Assembly (NCBI GenBank): GCA_963555995.3
Contig: OY821641.1
Coordinates: 2,592,001-2,656,000, forward strand
Direction of reading: 5' to 3'
Length of the DNA: 64,000 nt
From: Vicinamibacteria bacterium
Lineage (GTDB): Bacteria > Acidobacteriota > Vicinamibacteria > Marinacidobacterales > Marinacidobacteraceae
Shown: in pieces, positions 27,154-35,673 of the stretch
How the letters are laid out: every line of letters starts with the position of its first letter
Position numbering within the stretch: the first letter of the stretch is position 1
Program-made: the position numbers and the translations under genes
The notes under the pieces: model-generated
The model's database searches: none
What the model was told of the DNA's origin: nothing
Seen by the model: the letters and a program-made list of their open reading frames with translations, nothing else

Positions 27154-27194
27154 TGCGGCCCTTCCGTCCCGAACGCCAGCGCGGCTTCACGCCG

Positions 27195-27355
27195 GGAACG
27201 CCGGTCTTCAGACCGGCACGCGCTGCGCGACAGCGCCGCGCACGGCACGACGCGGCCCCGTGCGATGGCGTTCGACGCTGGGTCCATCACGGCAACCAGC
27301 GTTACGACGTGCGCGGGCCTTCGGCCCGCTGTGCCGCTCTGAAGAGCGGCGCTCC
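27195..27355. repeat. REP doublet (REPIN/MITE-like)
   Basis: ggaacgccggtcttcagaccggca ... tgccgctctgaagagcggcgctcc; inverted homologue of 5134-5294. Confidence 0.85.
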
Positions 27356-27407
27356 CAACCGTCTCCGCCGGTTCCATGACCGGCGGAGCGACCAGGAGGA
27401 CCCGATC

Positions 27408-27938
27408 ATGACGGTTCCGCCCGGTAGGGGTTTCCCACCGGCACTGCCGTCCGCTGGCTCGCGCCCGGCGGCGCAGTCGGGCTTCACGCTCATCGAACTC
27501 GTCGTCGCCGCCGGGATCCTCGCGGTGCTGGCGATGGGGATCATCCCGGTGGCGAAGGTCGCGTCGGTCCGCGCCGACGAGATCGAGCTGAGTCGGAGCC
27601 TGCGGACCCTGCGGATGGCGATTGACGCCTACCACGAGGCCGCCGAGGCCGGGGAGATTGATCCGGACTTCATCGAGCCCGACCACGAGAACTACCCGCC
27701 GGACCTCGAGGCGCTGGTGGAGGGGGTGCCCGGCCCTCGGGACCCGGACGGCCGCGCCCCGGTCCTCCGCTTCCTCCGGCGTCTTCCGACGGACCCGATG
27801 ACCGGACGCGCCGACTGGCTGCTGCGCTCCTGGCAGGACGACCCGGACCGGCTCTCCTGGGGGGGCCAGAACGTCTACGACGTGCGCTCCGCGTCTCCCC
27901 GCCGCGCCCTCGACGGCACCCTCTACCGGTCATGGTGA
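27408..27938 (+). CDS. Type II secretion pseudopilin (GspG-like)
   Basis: AGGAGG RBS; prepilin site G/FTLIEL; FLRRLPTDPMTG, VYDVRS. Confidence 0.88.
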   Translation: MTVPPGRGFPPALPSAGSRPAAQSGFTLIELVVAAGILAVLAMGIIPVAKVASVRADEIELSRSLRTLRMAIDAYHEAAEAGEIDPDFIEPDHENYPPDLEALVEGVPGPRDPDGRAPVLRFLRRLPTDPMTGRADWLLRSWQDDPDRLSWGGQNVYDVRSASPRRALDGTLYRSW

Positions 27939-28339
27939 CGAAGAACCTCCCGACCCGGCGCGAGGCCGGGTTCAGCTTCATCGAGATGGTGCTGGTGCTG
28001 CTGGTCCTCGGGATTCTCTTCGCCATCGCGGTGCCCCGCTACCAGGCGCAGATCGTGAAGGCGAAGGAGGCGGTGCTGGAGCACAACCTCGCGACCATGC
28101 GGGAGCGGCTCGACCAGTACCGCGCCGACCACGACGAGTTCCCGGCCAACCTCGCCGACCTCGTCGTCTCCGGCTATCTCCGGGAGATCCCCGAGGACCC
28201 CATCACCCAGTCCATCCTCTGGGAGGAGGTGCGCGACGGCTACGACCCCATGTTCCCGGACGCCCCGGCCGGGGTCTCCGACGTCCGCAGCCGCTCGGAG
28301 GAGGTCGGAAGCGACGGGCGGCCGTACCGTGAGTGGTGA
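27932..28339 (+). CDS. Type II secretion pseudopilin (GspG-like)
   Basis: G/FSFIEM; KAKEAVL..NL..MR..LDQY; GYLREIPEDPIT. Confidence 0.88.
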   Translation: MVTKNLPTRREAGFSFIEMVLVLLVLGILFAIAVPRYQAQIVKAKEAVLEHNLATMRERLDQYRADHDEFPANLADLVVSGYLREIPEDPITQSILWEEVRDGYDPMFPDAPAGVSDVRSRSEEVGSDGRPYREW

Positions 28340-28937
28340 CCGTCGCCGGGGCGAGGCCGGCTACGTGCTCTTCGGGGTGCTCATCGGCATCACGCTGCTC
28401 GGCGTGGGGCTGTCCGCCGCGGTCACGCTCTGGAGCCAGGTCGTCCAGCGCGAAGACGAAGCGGAACTGCTCTTCCGGGGCGAGGCGATCGTGCGCGCGC
28501 TGGAGCGCTTCCAGCAGGACCGCCCGGGCACGCTTCCCGAAACCCTCGACGAGCTGGTGGAGGGCAAGTACCTCCGCCGCGCCTGGCTCGACCCCATGAC
28601 CGGGCGCACCTTCCGCATCCTGCGCGCCGAGGAGGCGGCGGCCCCCGCCACCGCCGCAGCGGGCGTCATCGGTGGGCGGCCGCGCCCCACCAACCCGGCC
28701 GGCGCAGAGTTCGAAGAGCGGGAACCGCCGAACGACGAAGAGGGCCGGCAAGCGCCGGACGGAGCCGCCGAACCCTCCACCGGGATCACCGGCGTGGTCA
28801 GCACCAGCGACCTCCTCAGCTTCCGCACCTACGAGGGCGCCCGCCGCTACAGCGACTGGCGCTTCGAGGCCCAGGTCAGCGCAACGGCCGGAGGCGGCTC
28901 CCCGACCCGGGAAGCGCCCGACCGCGACCCACTCTGA
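28329..28937 (+). CDS. Type II secretion minor pseudopilin-like protein
   Basis: G/YVLFGVL, REDEAELLFRG, YLRR...DPMTG, YSDWRF. Confidence 0.8.
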   Translation: MSGDRRRGEAGYVLFGVLIGITLLGVGLSAAVTLWSQVVQREDEAELLFRGEAIVRALERFQQDRPGTLPETLDELVEGKYLRRAWLDPMTGRTFRILRAEEAAAPATAAAGVIGGRPRPTNPAGAEFEEREPPNDEEGRQAPDGAAEPSTGITGVVSTSDLLSFRTYEGARRYSDWRFEAQVSATAGGGSPTREAPDRDPL

Positions 28938-28952
28938 AATGCCGCTTCACTT

Positions 28953-29008
28953 CGACTTTTCCACAAAACGCCGCCGAGTGGGAAAAAATCGAGCAAATCT
29001 CGTCTATG
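28953..29008 (+). promoter_or_regulatory. Conserved upstream motif copy 1 (TTTTCCAC-N13-GTGGGAAA...CGTCTATG)
   Basis: Aligns with 40159-40215 and 63178-63235. Confidence 0.65.
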
Positions 29009-29026
29009 CATGTGGAGGACTTCCAC

Positions 29027-29452
29027 ATGCACGAACACAACGTCCACGCCGCACGACCCGGGGCTCCGTTGCCCGAAGGCGCGGCCCACTCCTATACTCC
29101 GGAACGTGATGAGCCGGGAGCACCGATGAGCGGCGGCGAGGCGGCGCGGATCACACCCGCCGGAGGCCGGAGTGGCGAGCGGCTGACGCGCGCCGACCGG
29201 ATCGTGGTCACCATACTCGCGGCCATGCTCAGTGGCACGCTCGTCGGGTTCGTGGCGATCGGAAGCCAGCTCGTGGCGCTCCAGCGGCAGATCGGCGAGG
29301 TCCGCACGGACATGACCCGAGAGATCGGCGATCTCCGAACCGAGATGCACAGCGAGTTCGGCAAGCTCTCGGACCGGATCACCCGCATCGAAACGCTGCT
29401 CGAGACCCGCCTCGGTCCGGCGCCCGACGCCCGAGATCCGGCCGGGCCCTGA
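29027..29452 (+). CDS. Small TM plus heptad coiled-coil protein
   Basis: GGAGGA RBS; hydrophobic helix, then LQRQIGEVRTDMTREIGDLRTEMHSEFGKLSDRITRIETLL. Confidence 0.72.
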   Translation: MHEHNVHAARPGAPLPEGAAHSYTPERDEPGAPMSGGEAARITPAGGRSGERLTRADRIVVTILAAMLSGTLVGFVAIGSQLVALQRQIGEVRTDMTREIGDLRTEMHSEFGKLSDRITRIETLLETRLGPAPDARDPAGP

Positions 29453-29536
29453 ACGCGGTCTTCCGCCCGCGGCGGGCGGCGCCGGCCCCCTCCGGGAGAA
29501 CTGACCGGAGGTCGGCGCTCCAAGCCGGCGCGTCGC

Positions 29537-32425
29537 TCACTCCGGCCCGGCACCGTCCGCGAGGTGCTGCGCGATGTACTCGGCCGGGTGGATCGCGGAG
29601 CGGTGGGTCGCGTCGAAGACCTGGTGCCGGCACGAGGTCCCGGCCGCCACCAGCGCGTCCTCGGTCGCGAGTTCCCGCACCGCCGGGAAGAGCCGGCGCT
29701 CACCGATGGCCAGCGAGATCTCGTAGTGATCCGAGGTGTAGCCGAAGCTGCCGGCCATGCCGCAGCAACCCGAATCGGCGACGGTGACCTGGGCCCCGGT
29801 GGTGGCGAGCAAGCCCTGGAGTGGGCCGGTCCCGCAGAACGTCTTCTGGTGGCAGTGTCCGTGGGCGAGGACTTGGGACCCTTCGCCGCGGCCGCCGGTG
29901 AGCCGGGCGAGCTCCTCCGAGTGATCGGCCAGGAACTCGTCGAAGAGCACCGCGCGCTGCGCGACGTGCTCGGCCGCCGCCCGCTCTTCCTCGGGAACCA
30001 GCTCCGGGATCTCGTCGCGGAAGCTGAACAGGCACGAGGGCTCGAGCCCGACGATGGGCGTGCCTTTCGCGGCGACGGGGCCGAGGGCCCGGACACTCTC
30101 CCGGGCCAACCGGCCGGCCCGGTCGAGGAGACCCCGCGAGATCGCCGGCCGGCCGCAGCAGACCTCGGGCGCCAACGCCACGCGGTAGCCGAGCGCCCAG
30201 AGCACCCGGCAGGCGGCGATCCCGATCTGCGGCTCGAAGTAGTTCGTGAAGGTGTCGGGGAAGAGCGCCACCTCGCCCCGCGGAGCGGCCGGCTGGGAGG
30301 CGGCCTCCACCCTCCGGAACCAGCGAGCGAAGGGCTGGCGGGCGAGGCCCGGGAGGCTCCGGCGCCGGTCGAAACCGATGGTCCGGGCCAGCAGGGAGGC
30401 CGCCCAGCCCCGCCGGTCGACCCAGCGGGCGAGCGGCCCGAAGCGGCTTCCCCAGCGGGCCAGCACGTCGGGCGCGCCGAAGATGCGGTCGGCGAGCGGA
30501 CGCTTCCGGTCCCGGTAGTAGCGGTGCTGGAAGTCCGACTTGAGCCGGGCCATGTCCACCCCGGACGGGCACTCGGCCTTGCAGGCCTTGCAGCCGAGGC
30601 AGAGATCGAGCGCCTGGAGGACCCGGTCCTCCGACTCCCGCTCGGGCGGCAGCCGCCCGTCGAGCAGCGCCCGCAGCAGGTTGGCCCGGCCCCGCGTGGA
30701 GTGCTCCTCCTCCTTGGTCGCCATGAACGAGGGGCACATCGTCCCCACGAGTTCCTTGCGGCAGACCCCGGCCCCGTTACAGAGCTCGACCGCCCCTGCG
30801 AAGCCGCCGTGGCGCCGGTAGGGGTAGACCACCGGCAGTTCCTCCACCCGGTAGTCCCCTCCGTAGCGCAGGTTGTCGGTCATGGCCGGCGCGTCCACCA
30901 CCTTCCCCGGGTTCATGATGCCGGCCGGGTCGAACGCCGCCTTGAGACGCTTGAACGCGTCGTAGACCCGCGGCCCGAAGACCCTCTCGTTGAAGTGGCT
31001 GCGCGCGAGACCGTCGCCGTGCTCGCCGCTCATCGCGCCCCCGAAGTCGAGCACCAGCTCGCAGATCTCCTGGGCGAGGGTGTCCATCTTCCGGATCTCG
31101 GCGGGGTCCTTCAGGTTGATGAGCGGCCGGATGTGGAGGCAGCCGGCGCCGGCGTGGGCATAGAAGCTCCCCTCGGTGTCGCGGCCGGCGAGGATGTCCT
31201 CGAACCCGCGGATGAACTCCGGCAGCCGGGAGGGTTCGACCGCGGTGTCCTCGACGAAGGCGATGGGCTTCTTGTCGCCGGGGAGGCTGAGGAGGAGCGG
31301 GAGCGCGGCCTTCCGCACCGCCCAGACGTTCCTCTGTTCGGCGGGATCGAGCACGCGGAGGTGAGGGCGGCCCCGGTTTCCGAGGCGGCGTTCGAGGTCG
31401 GCCAGCTTGGACGCCACCTCCGCCCGGCTGTGGCCGGCGAACTCGACCAGGATGAGGGCCCCGGGCTCGCCCTCGATGAAGTGGAGGCGCCGCGAGTACT
31501 CGAGCGACTCGCGGGCGAGCTCCATGACCATCCGGTCCACGAGTTCCACGCAGGTCGGACGCAGTTCGAGCGCCGTCACCCCCGCTTCGAGCGCCGGGAG
31601 CATCCCGTCGAAGTGCAGGACGGCGAGCCCGACCGCGGGCGGCAGCCGGTAGAGCTTCACCCGCGCCTCCACCACGGTCCCGAGCGTCCCCTCGGAGCCG
31701 ACGACGAGGTGCGCCAGGTTCACCCCCCCGGGATCGAGCAGCACGTCCAGGTTGTAGCCGGAGACGCGCCGGGGGATGCGGGGGAACCGCTCCCGGATGT
31801 CCTCCGAATACTCGTCGCGAAGCGCCAGCAGCTCGCGGAGCAGGGGGGCGAGCGCCCCGTTCCCCCGCGCCCGGCGCCGGATGTCCTCCCAGCTCAGCCA
31901 GCCGAGCCGCTCGCAACTCCCGTCGGGCAGCACCACGGTGGCGTCGATGACGTTCTCCACCGTCTTGCCGTAGACGAGCGAGCGGGCGCCGGCCGAGTTG
32001 TTGCCGATCATGCCGCCGAGGTTGGCGCGGTTCGAGGTCGAGGTCTCGGGGCCGAACCGCAGCCCGTGGGGGGCGAGCGCCGCGCCGAAGGCGTCCTGGA
32101 CCACCCCCGGCTGCACCCGGGCCCACATCTCCTCCCGGTTGATCTCGAGCACGCTCCGGAAGTGCACCGACAGGTCGAGCACCACCGCTTCGCCGACCGC
32201 CTGTCCGGCGAGCGAGGTGCCGCCGCCGCGCGGCAGCACCGGCGCCCCCGCCTCCGCGGCGACCCGGACCGCCTCCGCCACATCCGCGGTGTGGCGGGGG
32301 ATCACCACCCCGAGCGGCTCGACCTGGTAGATGCTGGCGTCGTTCGAGTAGAGGATCCGGCTCGCGCGGTCGAACCGCACGTCCCCCTCGATCCGCGATG
32401 CAAGTTCGCGCGCCAACTCTCCCAT
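29537..32425 (-). CDS. FAD-binding and Fe-S oxidoreductase (YdiJ/GlcD-GlcF fusion type)
   Basis: PRGGGTSLAGQ, GSEGTLG, SGEHGDG, CNGAGVC, CLGCKACKAECP, CCGMAGSFG. Confidence 0.93.
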   Translation of the reverse strand: MGELARELASRIEGDVRFDRASRILYSNDASIYQVEPLGVVIPRHTADVAEAVRVAAEAGAPVLPRGGGTSLAGQAVGEAVVLDLSVHFRSVLEINREEMWARVQPGVVQDAFGAALAPHGLRFGPETSTSNRANLGGMIGNNSAGARSLVYGKTVENVIDATVVLPDGSCERLGWLSWEDIRRRARGNGALAPLLRELLALRDEYSEDIRERFPRIPRRVSGYNLDVLLDPGGVNLAHLVVGSEGTLGTVVEARVKLYRLPPAVGLAVLHFDGMLPALEAGVTALELRPTCVELVDRMVMELARESLEYSRRLHFIEGEPGALILVEFAGHSRAEVASKLADLERRLGNRGRPHLRVLDPAEQRNVWAVRKAALPLLLSLPGDKKPIAFVEDTAVEPSRLPEFIRGFEDILAGRDTEGSFYAHAGAGCLHIRPLINLKDPAEIRKMDTLAQEICELVLDFGGAMSGEHGDGLARSHFNERVFGPRVYDAFKRLKAAFDPAGIMNPGKVVDAPAMTDNLRYGGDYRVEELPVVYPYRRHGGFAGAVELCNGAGVCRKELVGTMCPSFMATKEEEHSTRGRANLLRALLDGRLPPERESEDRVLQALDLCLGCKACKAECPSGVDMARLKSDFQHRYYRDRKRPLADRIFGAPDVLARWGSRFGPLARWVDRRGWAASLLARTIGFDRRRSLPGLARQPFARWFRRVEAASQPAAPRGEVALFPDTFTNYFEPQIGIAACRVLWALGYRVALAPEVCCGRPAISRGLLDRAGRLARESVRALGPVAAKGTPIVGLEPSCLFSFRDEIPELVPEEERAAAEHVAQRAVLFDEFLADHSEELARLTGGRGEGSQVLAHGHCHQKTFCGTGPLQGLLATTGAQVTVADSGCCGMAGSFGYTSDHYEISLAIGERRLFPAVRELATEDALVAAGTSCRHQVFDATHRSAIHPAEYIAQHLADGAGPE

Positions 32426-32478
32426 GGGCCGTGGAGGGTACCGGAGCGAAAGATGCGGGCAAGGTGGCGCGACGGCCT

Positions 32479-32502
32479 GGAACGCCGGTCTCCAGACCGG
32501 CA
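32479..32502. repeat. REP-like palindrome
   Basis: ggaacgccggtctccagaccggca. Confidence 0.8.
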
Positions 32503-32570
32503 CCGCGGCGCTCCGCGCCGCGCACGTCGCACCCCACCCGTCCTCACGGCGTGTTGGATGCGGTGGCCGG

Positions 32571-33533
32571 CTAGTCCCCCAACGCCTCCAGCGTCATGCT
32601 CGCGATCGCCAGGTCCTGAACCCCCATCCCGGTCAGATCCACGACCGAGATCCCCTCCTCCGCCATCCGCGGATCCGGCTCGGCCAGCGCCAGCATTTCA
32701 CCGAAGGAAACGTCGCAGTCCTCGGCGACCTCCCCGGCCCGCACCGCGGCGCCGAAGTCGCTGTTGCTGAGGCACTCCTCGTGGGCGTCGGTGACGATGG
32801 TGTGGGCCCTGCCCAGGATGCGCGGATCCAGTTCCGTCTTCCGCGGCGTGTCGGCCCCCACGGCGACGATGTGGAGCGTCCCGGGAACGTCCTCGAGCCG
32901 GACGACCGGGCTCGTGGCCGGGGTGGTGGTGACGAGGACGGCGCTCGCGTGGCACACCTCGCGGACGGTGTCCATCGGGGCCGCCGCGAGGCCGCCCGCC
33001 CGCAGCCGGTCGCAGAGCGCGGCGGCCTTCTCCGCGGCACGCCCCCAGACCGCGACCGACGAGAGCCCCAGGTGGGCGCAGATCATCCCGGCCTGCATCT
33101 CCGCCTGCGTCCCGGCGCCGATCACCCCGAGCGTCGCGTCCTTCGGGACCGGTTTCAGGCCGGCGGCGAGGGCCCCGGCAGCCGCGGTGCGGACATTGGT
33201 CAGCCAGCACTCGTCGTGGAGCAGGGCCACCGGCAGGCCGGTGTCCGCGGAGATCAGCAGCACCATGCCGCCCGCGCCCGGCAGGCCGCGGGCCGCGTTC
33301 CGGTACGACCCCGAGGCGATCTTGACCGCCACGTACGGGTTGCCGCTCCAGGTCGCGGACTTGACGTGGCACTCGCCGTGCTGTTCGTCCCGGTCGTCGC
33401 GGAAGACGATCTGGGTGGGCTCGGGGCAGTGCACCAGCCCCTGCGCGTGGGCGATGAACCCCGCCTTCACCGCCTCGACGGCGGCTTCCGGAGCGATGGC
33501 GGCCTGGATCTCGGCCAAGGAAACGATGCGCAT
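32571..33533 (-). CDS. Ornithine cyclodeaminase/mu-crystallin family protein
   Basis: LTNVRTAAAG, IGAGTQA, AVGADTPRKTELD, DLTGMGVQDLAIA. Confidence 0.92.
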   Translation of the reverse strand: MRIVSLAEIQAAIAPEAAVEAVKAGFIAHAQGLVHCPEPTQIVFRDDRDEQHGECHVKSATWSGNPYVAVKIASGSYRNAARGLPGAGGMVLLISADTGLPVALLHDECWLTNVRTAAAGALAAGLKPVPKDATLGVIGAGTQAEMQAGMICAHLGLSSVAVWGRAAEKAAALCDRLRAGGLAAAPMDTVREVCHASAVLVTTTPATSPVVRLEDVPGTLHIVAVGADTPRKTELDPRILGRAHTIVTDAHEECLSNSDFGAAVRAGEVAEDCDVSFGEMLALAEPDPRMAEEGISVVDLTGMGVQDLAIASMTLEALGD

Positions 33534-33566
33534 GGGGTCGGTCCTCTCCGGAACGAAGCGTAGCGG

Positions 33567-33766
33567 GCTTGGAACGCCGGTCTCCAGACCGGCACAGCGG
33601 CGCTCCGCGCCGCGCACGGCGGGGCGTTCGCCTGCGCCGTGGTCCTCTCCGGATGCACCTCAGCGGATTGGAGATTTCCTTACCCGCATCCCGCAACGGC
33701 GCATAGCGAAACGACATCCGCGGCGCGGAGCGCCGCTGTGCCGGTCTGGAGACCGGCGTTCCAAGC
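33567..33766. repeat. REP doublet with perfect 48-bp inverted arms
   Basis: 33567-33614 is the exact reverse complement of 33719-33766. Confidence 0.88.
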
Positions 33767-33787
33767 CGGCGCGCCCGCCCGCCGTCC

Positions 33788-34219
33788 TCAGTTTTGCCGC
33801 TTCGCGATCATCCCGAGCACCGCGGCGATCAGGATGAGCGCCAGCGGGACGAAGGCGGTGACGAGGCCGAGGCCGACGCCCAGGATCGGCGCGCGGAGCA
33901 GGATGACCACGGCGTTCACCAAACTCGCGATGAGCAGCCACTTGAAGAGGCGGCCCCGCCGCCGGTACGGCCCCCACGCGATCCCGAACAGCAGGATTCC
34001 GTAGGAGAGCCCGAACGCGGCCGCGGTGCCCCGCCGGGCGGAGAGCGCGGCGGCGAGTTCCGCGTCTCCGTTCGCAACCTCGGCGGGGGTGAACCGGCCG
34101 CCGATCAGGTCGGCGTCGGGGTTCAGGTAGGCGAAGTTGAGCGAGGTCAGCGAGATCAGGATCGTGATGGCTCCCAGGAGGGCGAAGATCACCCAACTTA
34201 CGGTGTGCGCGTGCTTCAT
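33788..34219 (-). CDS. Hypothetical membrane protein (about 4 TM)
   Basis: Four hydrophobic segments; starts 12 bp after the amidohydrolase stop. Confidence 0.75.
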   Translation of the reverse strand: MKHAHTVSWVIFALLGAITILISLTSLNFAYLNPDADLIGGRFTPAEVANGDAELAAALSARRGTAAAFGLSYGILLFGIAWGPYRRRGRLFKWLLIASLVNAVVILLRAPILGVGLGLVTAFVPLALILIAAVLGMIAKRQN

Positions 34220-34231
34220 GGCCGTTACCGC

Positions 34232-35503
34232 TTACTGTCCTCCGACCCACCCGGCGCTCAGTCCGGCCCGGTCCACTTCCTCGCCCCGGAGGTACACCGA
34301 CTCGATCATCCGGGTGTTCGTGATGTCGTCGAGCGGGTTCGCCTCCAGCACCACAAAGTCAGCGCTCTTGCCGGCCGCGATGCTGCCGGTGTCGTGCAGC
34401 ATCAGGTACTCGGCGCCGGCGCTGGTGGAGGCGACGATCACCTCGTGCGGGGTCATCCCGGACTCCACCATGTCCCGCATCTCGATGTGGGGACGCCAGC
34501 CCGCGTTGCCGTCGGTGCCCATGACGATCTTCATCCCCGCCTCGTTGAGCCGGGCGAGGTTCCGCGCCTGGATGCCGAAGGACTCGTGCGCCTCGGGCCG
34601 CTCCTCGTGGGCCGCCTGGGCCGCCTCCAGCGCTTCGCCGGACAGCGTTCCCGACAGCCAGCTCATGTCCTCGTAGGCCCCGCGAGCCCCGAGGTTCGGG
34701 ATCAGGACCACGTTCGGCCGTTCCTGGACCATCGCCACGAACTCGTCGTCCACGTCCATGTCGCGGACGCTGTGGGCGAACGAGTCCACCCCGGCCTCCA
34801 GCAGCCCCTTCGCGTCCTCGAGCGAGAAGATGTGGGCGGTCACCCGGAGGCCGTGCTCGTGGGCCTCCTCGATGATCGGGCCGTAGAGGTCCGCGGTCAG
34901 CTTGTCGTACTGGCCGCCGCGGTCGTCCACCCAGATCTTCACGATGTCCACGTTCGCGGCGGCGAGCTCCCGGACCGCGGCCCGCCCCTCCTCTGCGGTG
35001 TTGATCCAGTAGGGGGCCTCGGAGCGCCCCGGCTCGTGCCGGGTGATCCCGCGTCCGGCGGTCATCGCGAGGGCCGCGCCCGGGACCGGGTTGTCGCGCA
35101 CGGCGGCCCCCGCGTCGCCGTCGTCATGGCCGAGGCTCACGGCGGCGCCGACCCCGTAGTAGGCGCGCCGCTGGAGGTCGTCCACCAGGCCCTCGCGGTC
35201 CACCCGCAGGTGCACATGGGTATCAATGAGCGCCGGGATGACGAACCGGCCGGAGAGGTCCACCCGCGCGGCGCCCTCCGGCGCCATGACCGCGTCCGCC
35301 GCCCCCGCGGCTACGAAGCGGCCGTCTTCGACCACGAAGACGCCGTTCTCGATCGGGTCGCTGCCGTCACCGACGATGACGGTCGCGCCCTCGAACACGA
35401 CGGCGTTCGACTGCGGGGCCTCCCCGGTCGGGGCGCAGGCGCCGAAGAGCAAGAGTGCGGCGGAAAGAGTGGCGCAGACCGCGCCGGTCCGGTTTCGGAA
35501 CAT
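34232..35503 (-). CDS. Metal-dependent amidohydrolase, probable lipoprotein
   Basis: LFGAC lipobox, PALIDTHVH, VKIWVDD, VTAH, MGTD, GKSADFVVL. Confidence 0.9.
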   Translation of the reverse strand: MFRNRTGAVCATLSAALLLFGACAPTGEAPQSNAVVFEGATVIVGDGSDPIENGVFVVEDGRFVAAGAADAVMAPEGAARVDLSGRFVIPALIDTHVHLRVDREGLVDDLQRRAYYGVGAAVSLGHDDGDAGAAVRDNPVPGAALAMTAGRGITRHEPGRSEAPYWINTAEEGRAAVRELAAANVDIVKIWVDDRGGQYDKLTADLYGPIIEEAHEHGLRVTAHIFSLEDAKGLLEAGVDSFAHSVRDMDVDDEFVAMVQERPNVVLIPNLGARGAYEDMSWLSGTLSGEALEAAQAAHEERPEAHESFGIQARNLARLNEAGMKIVMGTDGNAGWRPHIEMRDMVESGMTPHEVIVASTSAGAEYLMLHDTGSIAAGKSADFVVLEANPLDDITNTRMIESVYLRGEEVDRAGLSAGWVGGQ

Positions 35504-35673
35504 GCTGTCTCCTCCTGGGCTTGCGGCGGGCGGAAGGCCCGTCCGCAGGAAGTCGTGGGGCGGAAAGACTACCGGCTCGAAGGCCGTCCCCGCATCAGCG
35601 ACAAGAGCCCGCATCCAGTAGTCTCCGTCGCGTGATCCGGCCGCCGGGACCGAGGCCGGACCGAGGAGGGGTC

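Noticed and set aside
25653-27407. N-terminal 585 aa of the 761-aa ORF
   Set aside because: Overlaps smpB and gspF out of frame; the real pseudopilin starts at ATG 27408 after AGGAGG
29564-32770. 1068-aa plus-strand ORF and similar long ORFs (18530-20854, 22226-24040, 33794-35635, 38319-40406, 42757-44082)
   Set aside because: Antisense shadows of recognisable genes in high-GC DNA, with no motifs of their own
32426-33617. Recurring peptides AGLETGVP, PVWRPAFQ and CRSGDRRS at ORF starts
   Set aside because: Translations of the REP palindrome that falsely extend ORFs; not a protein domain
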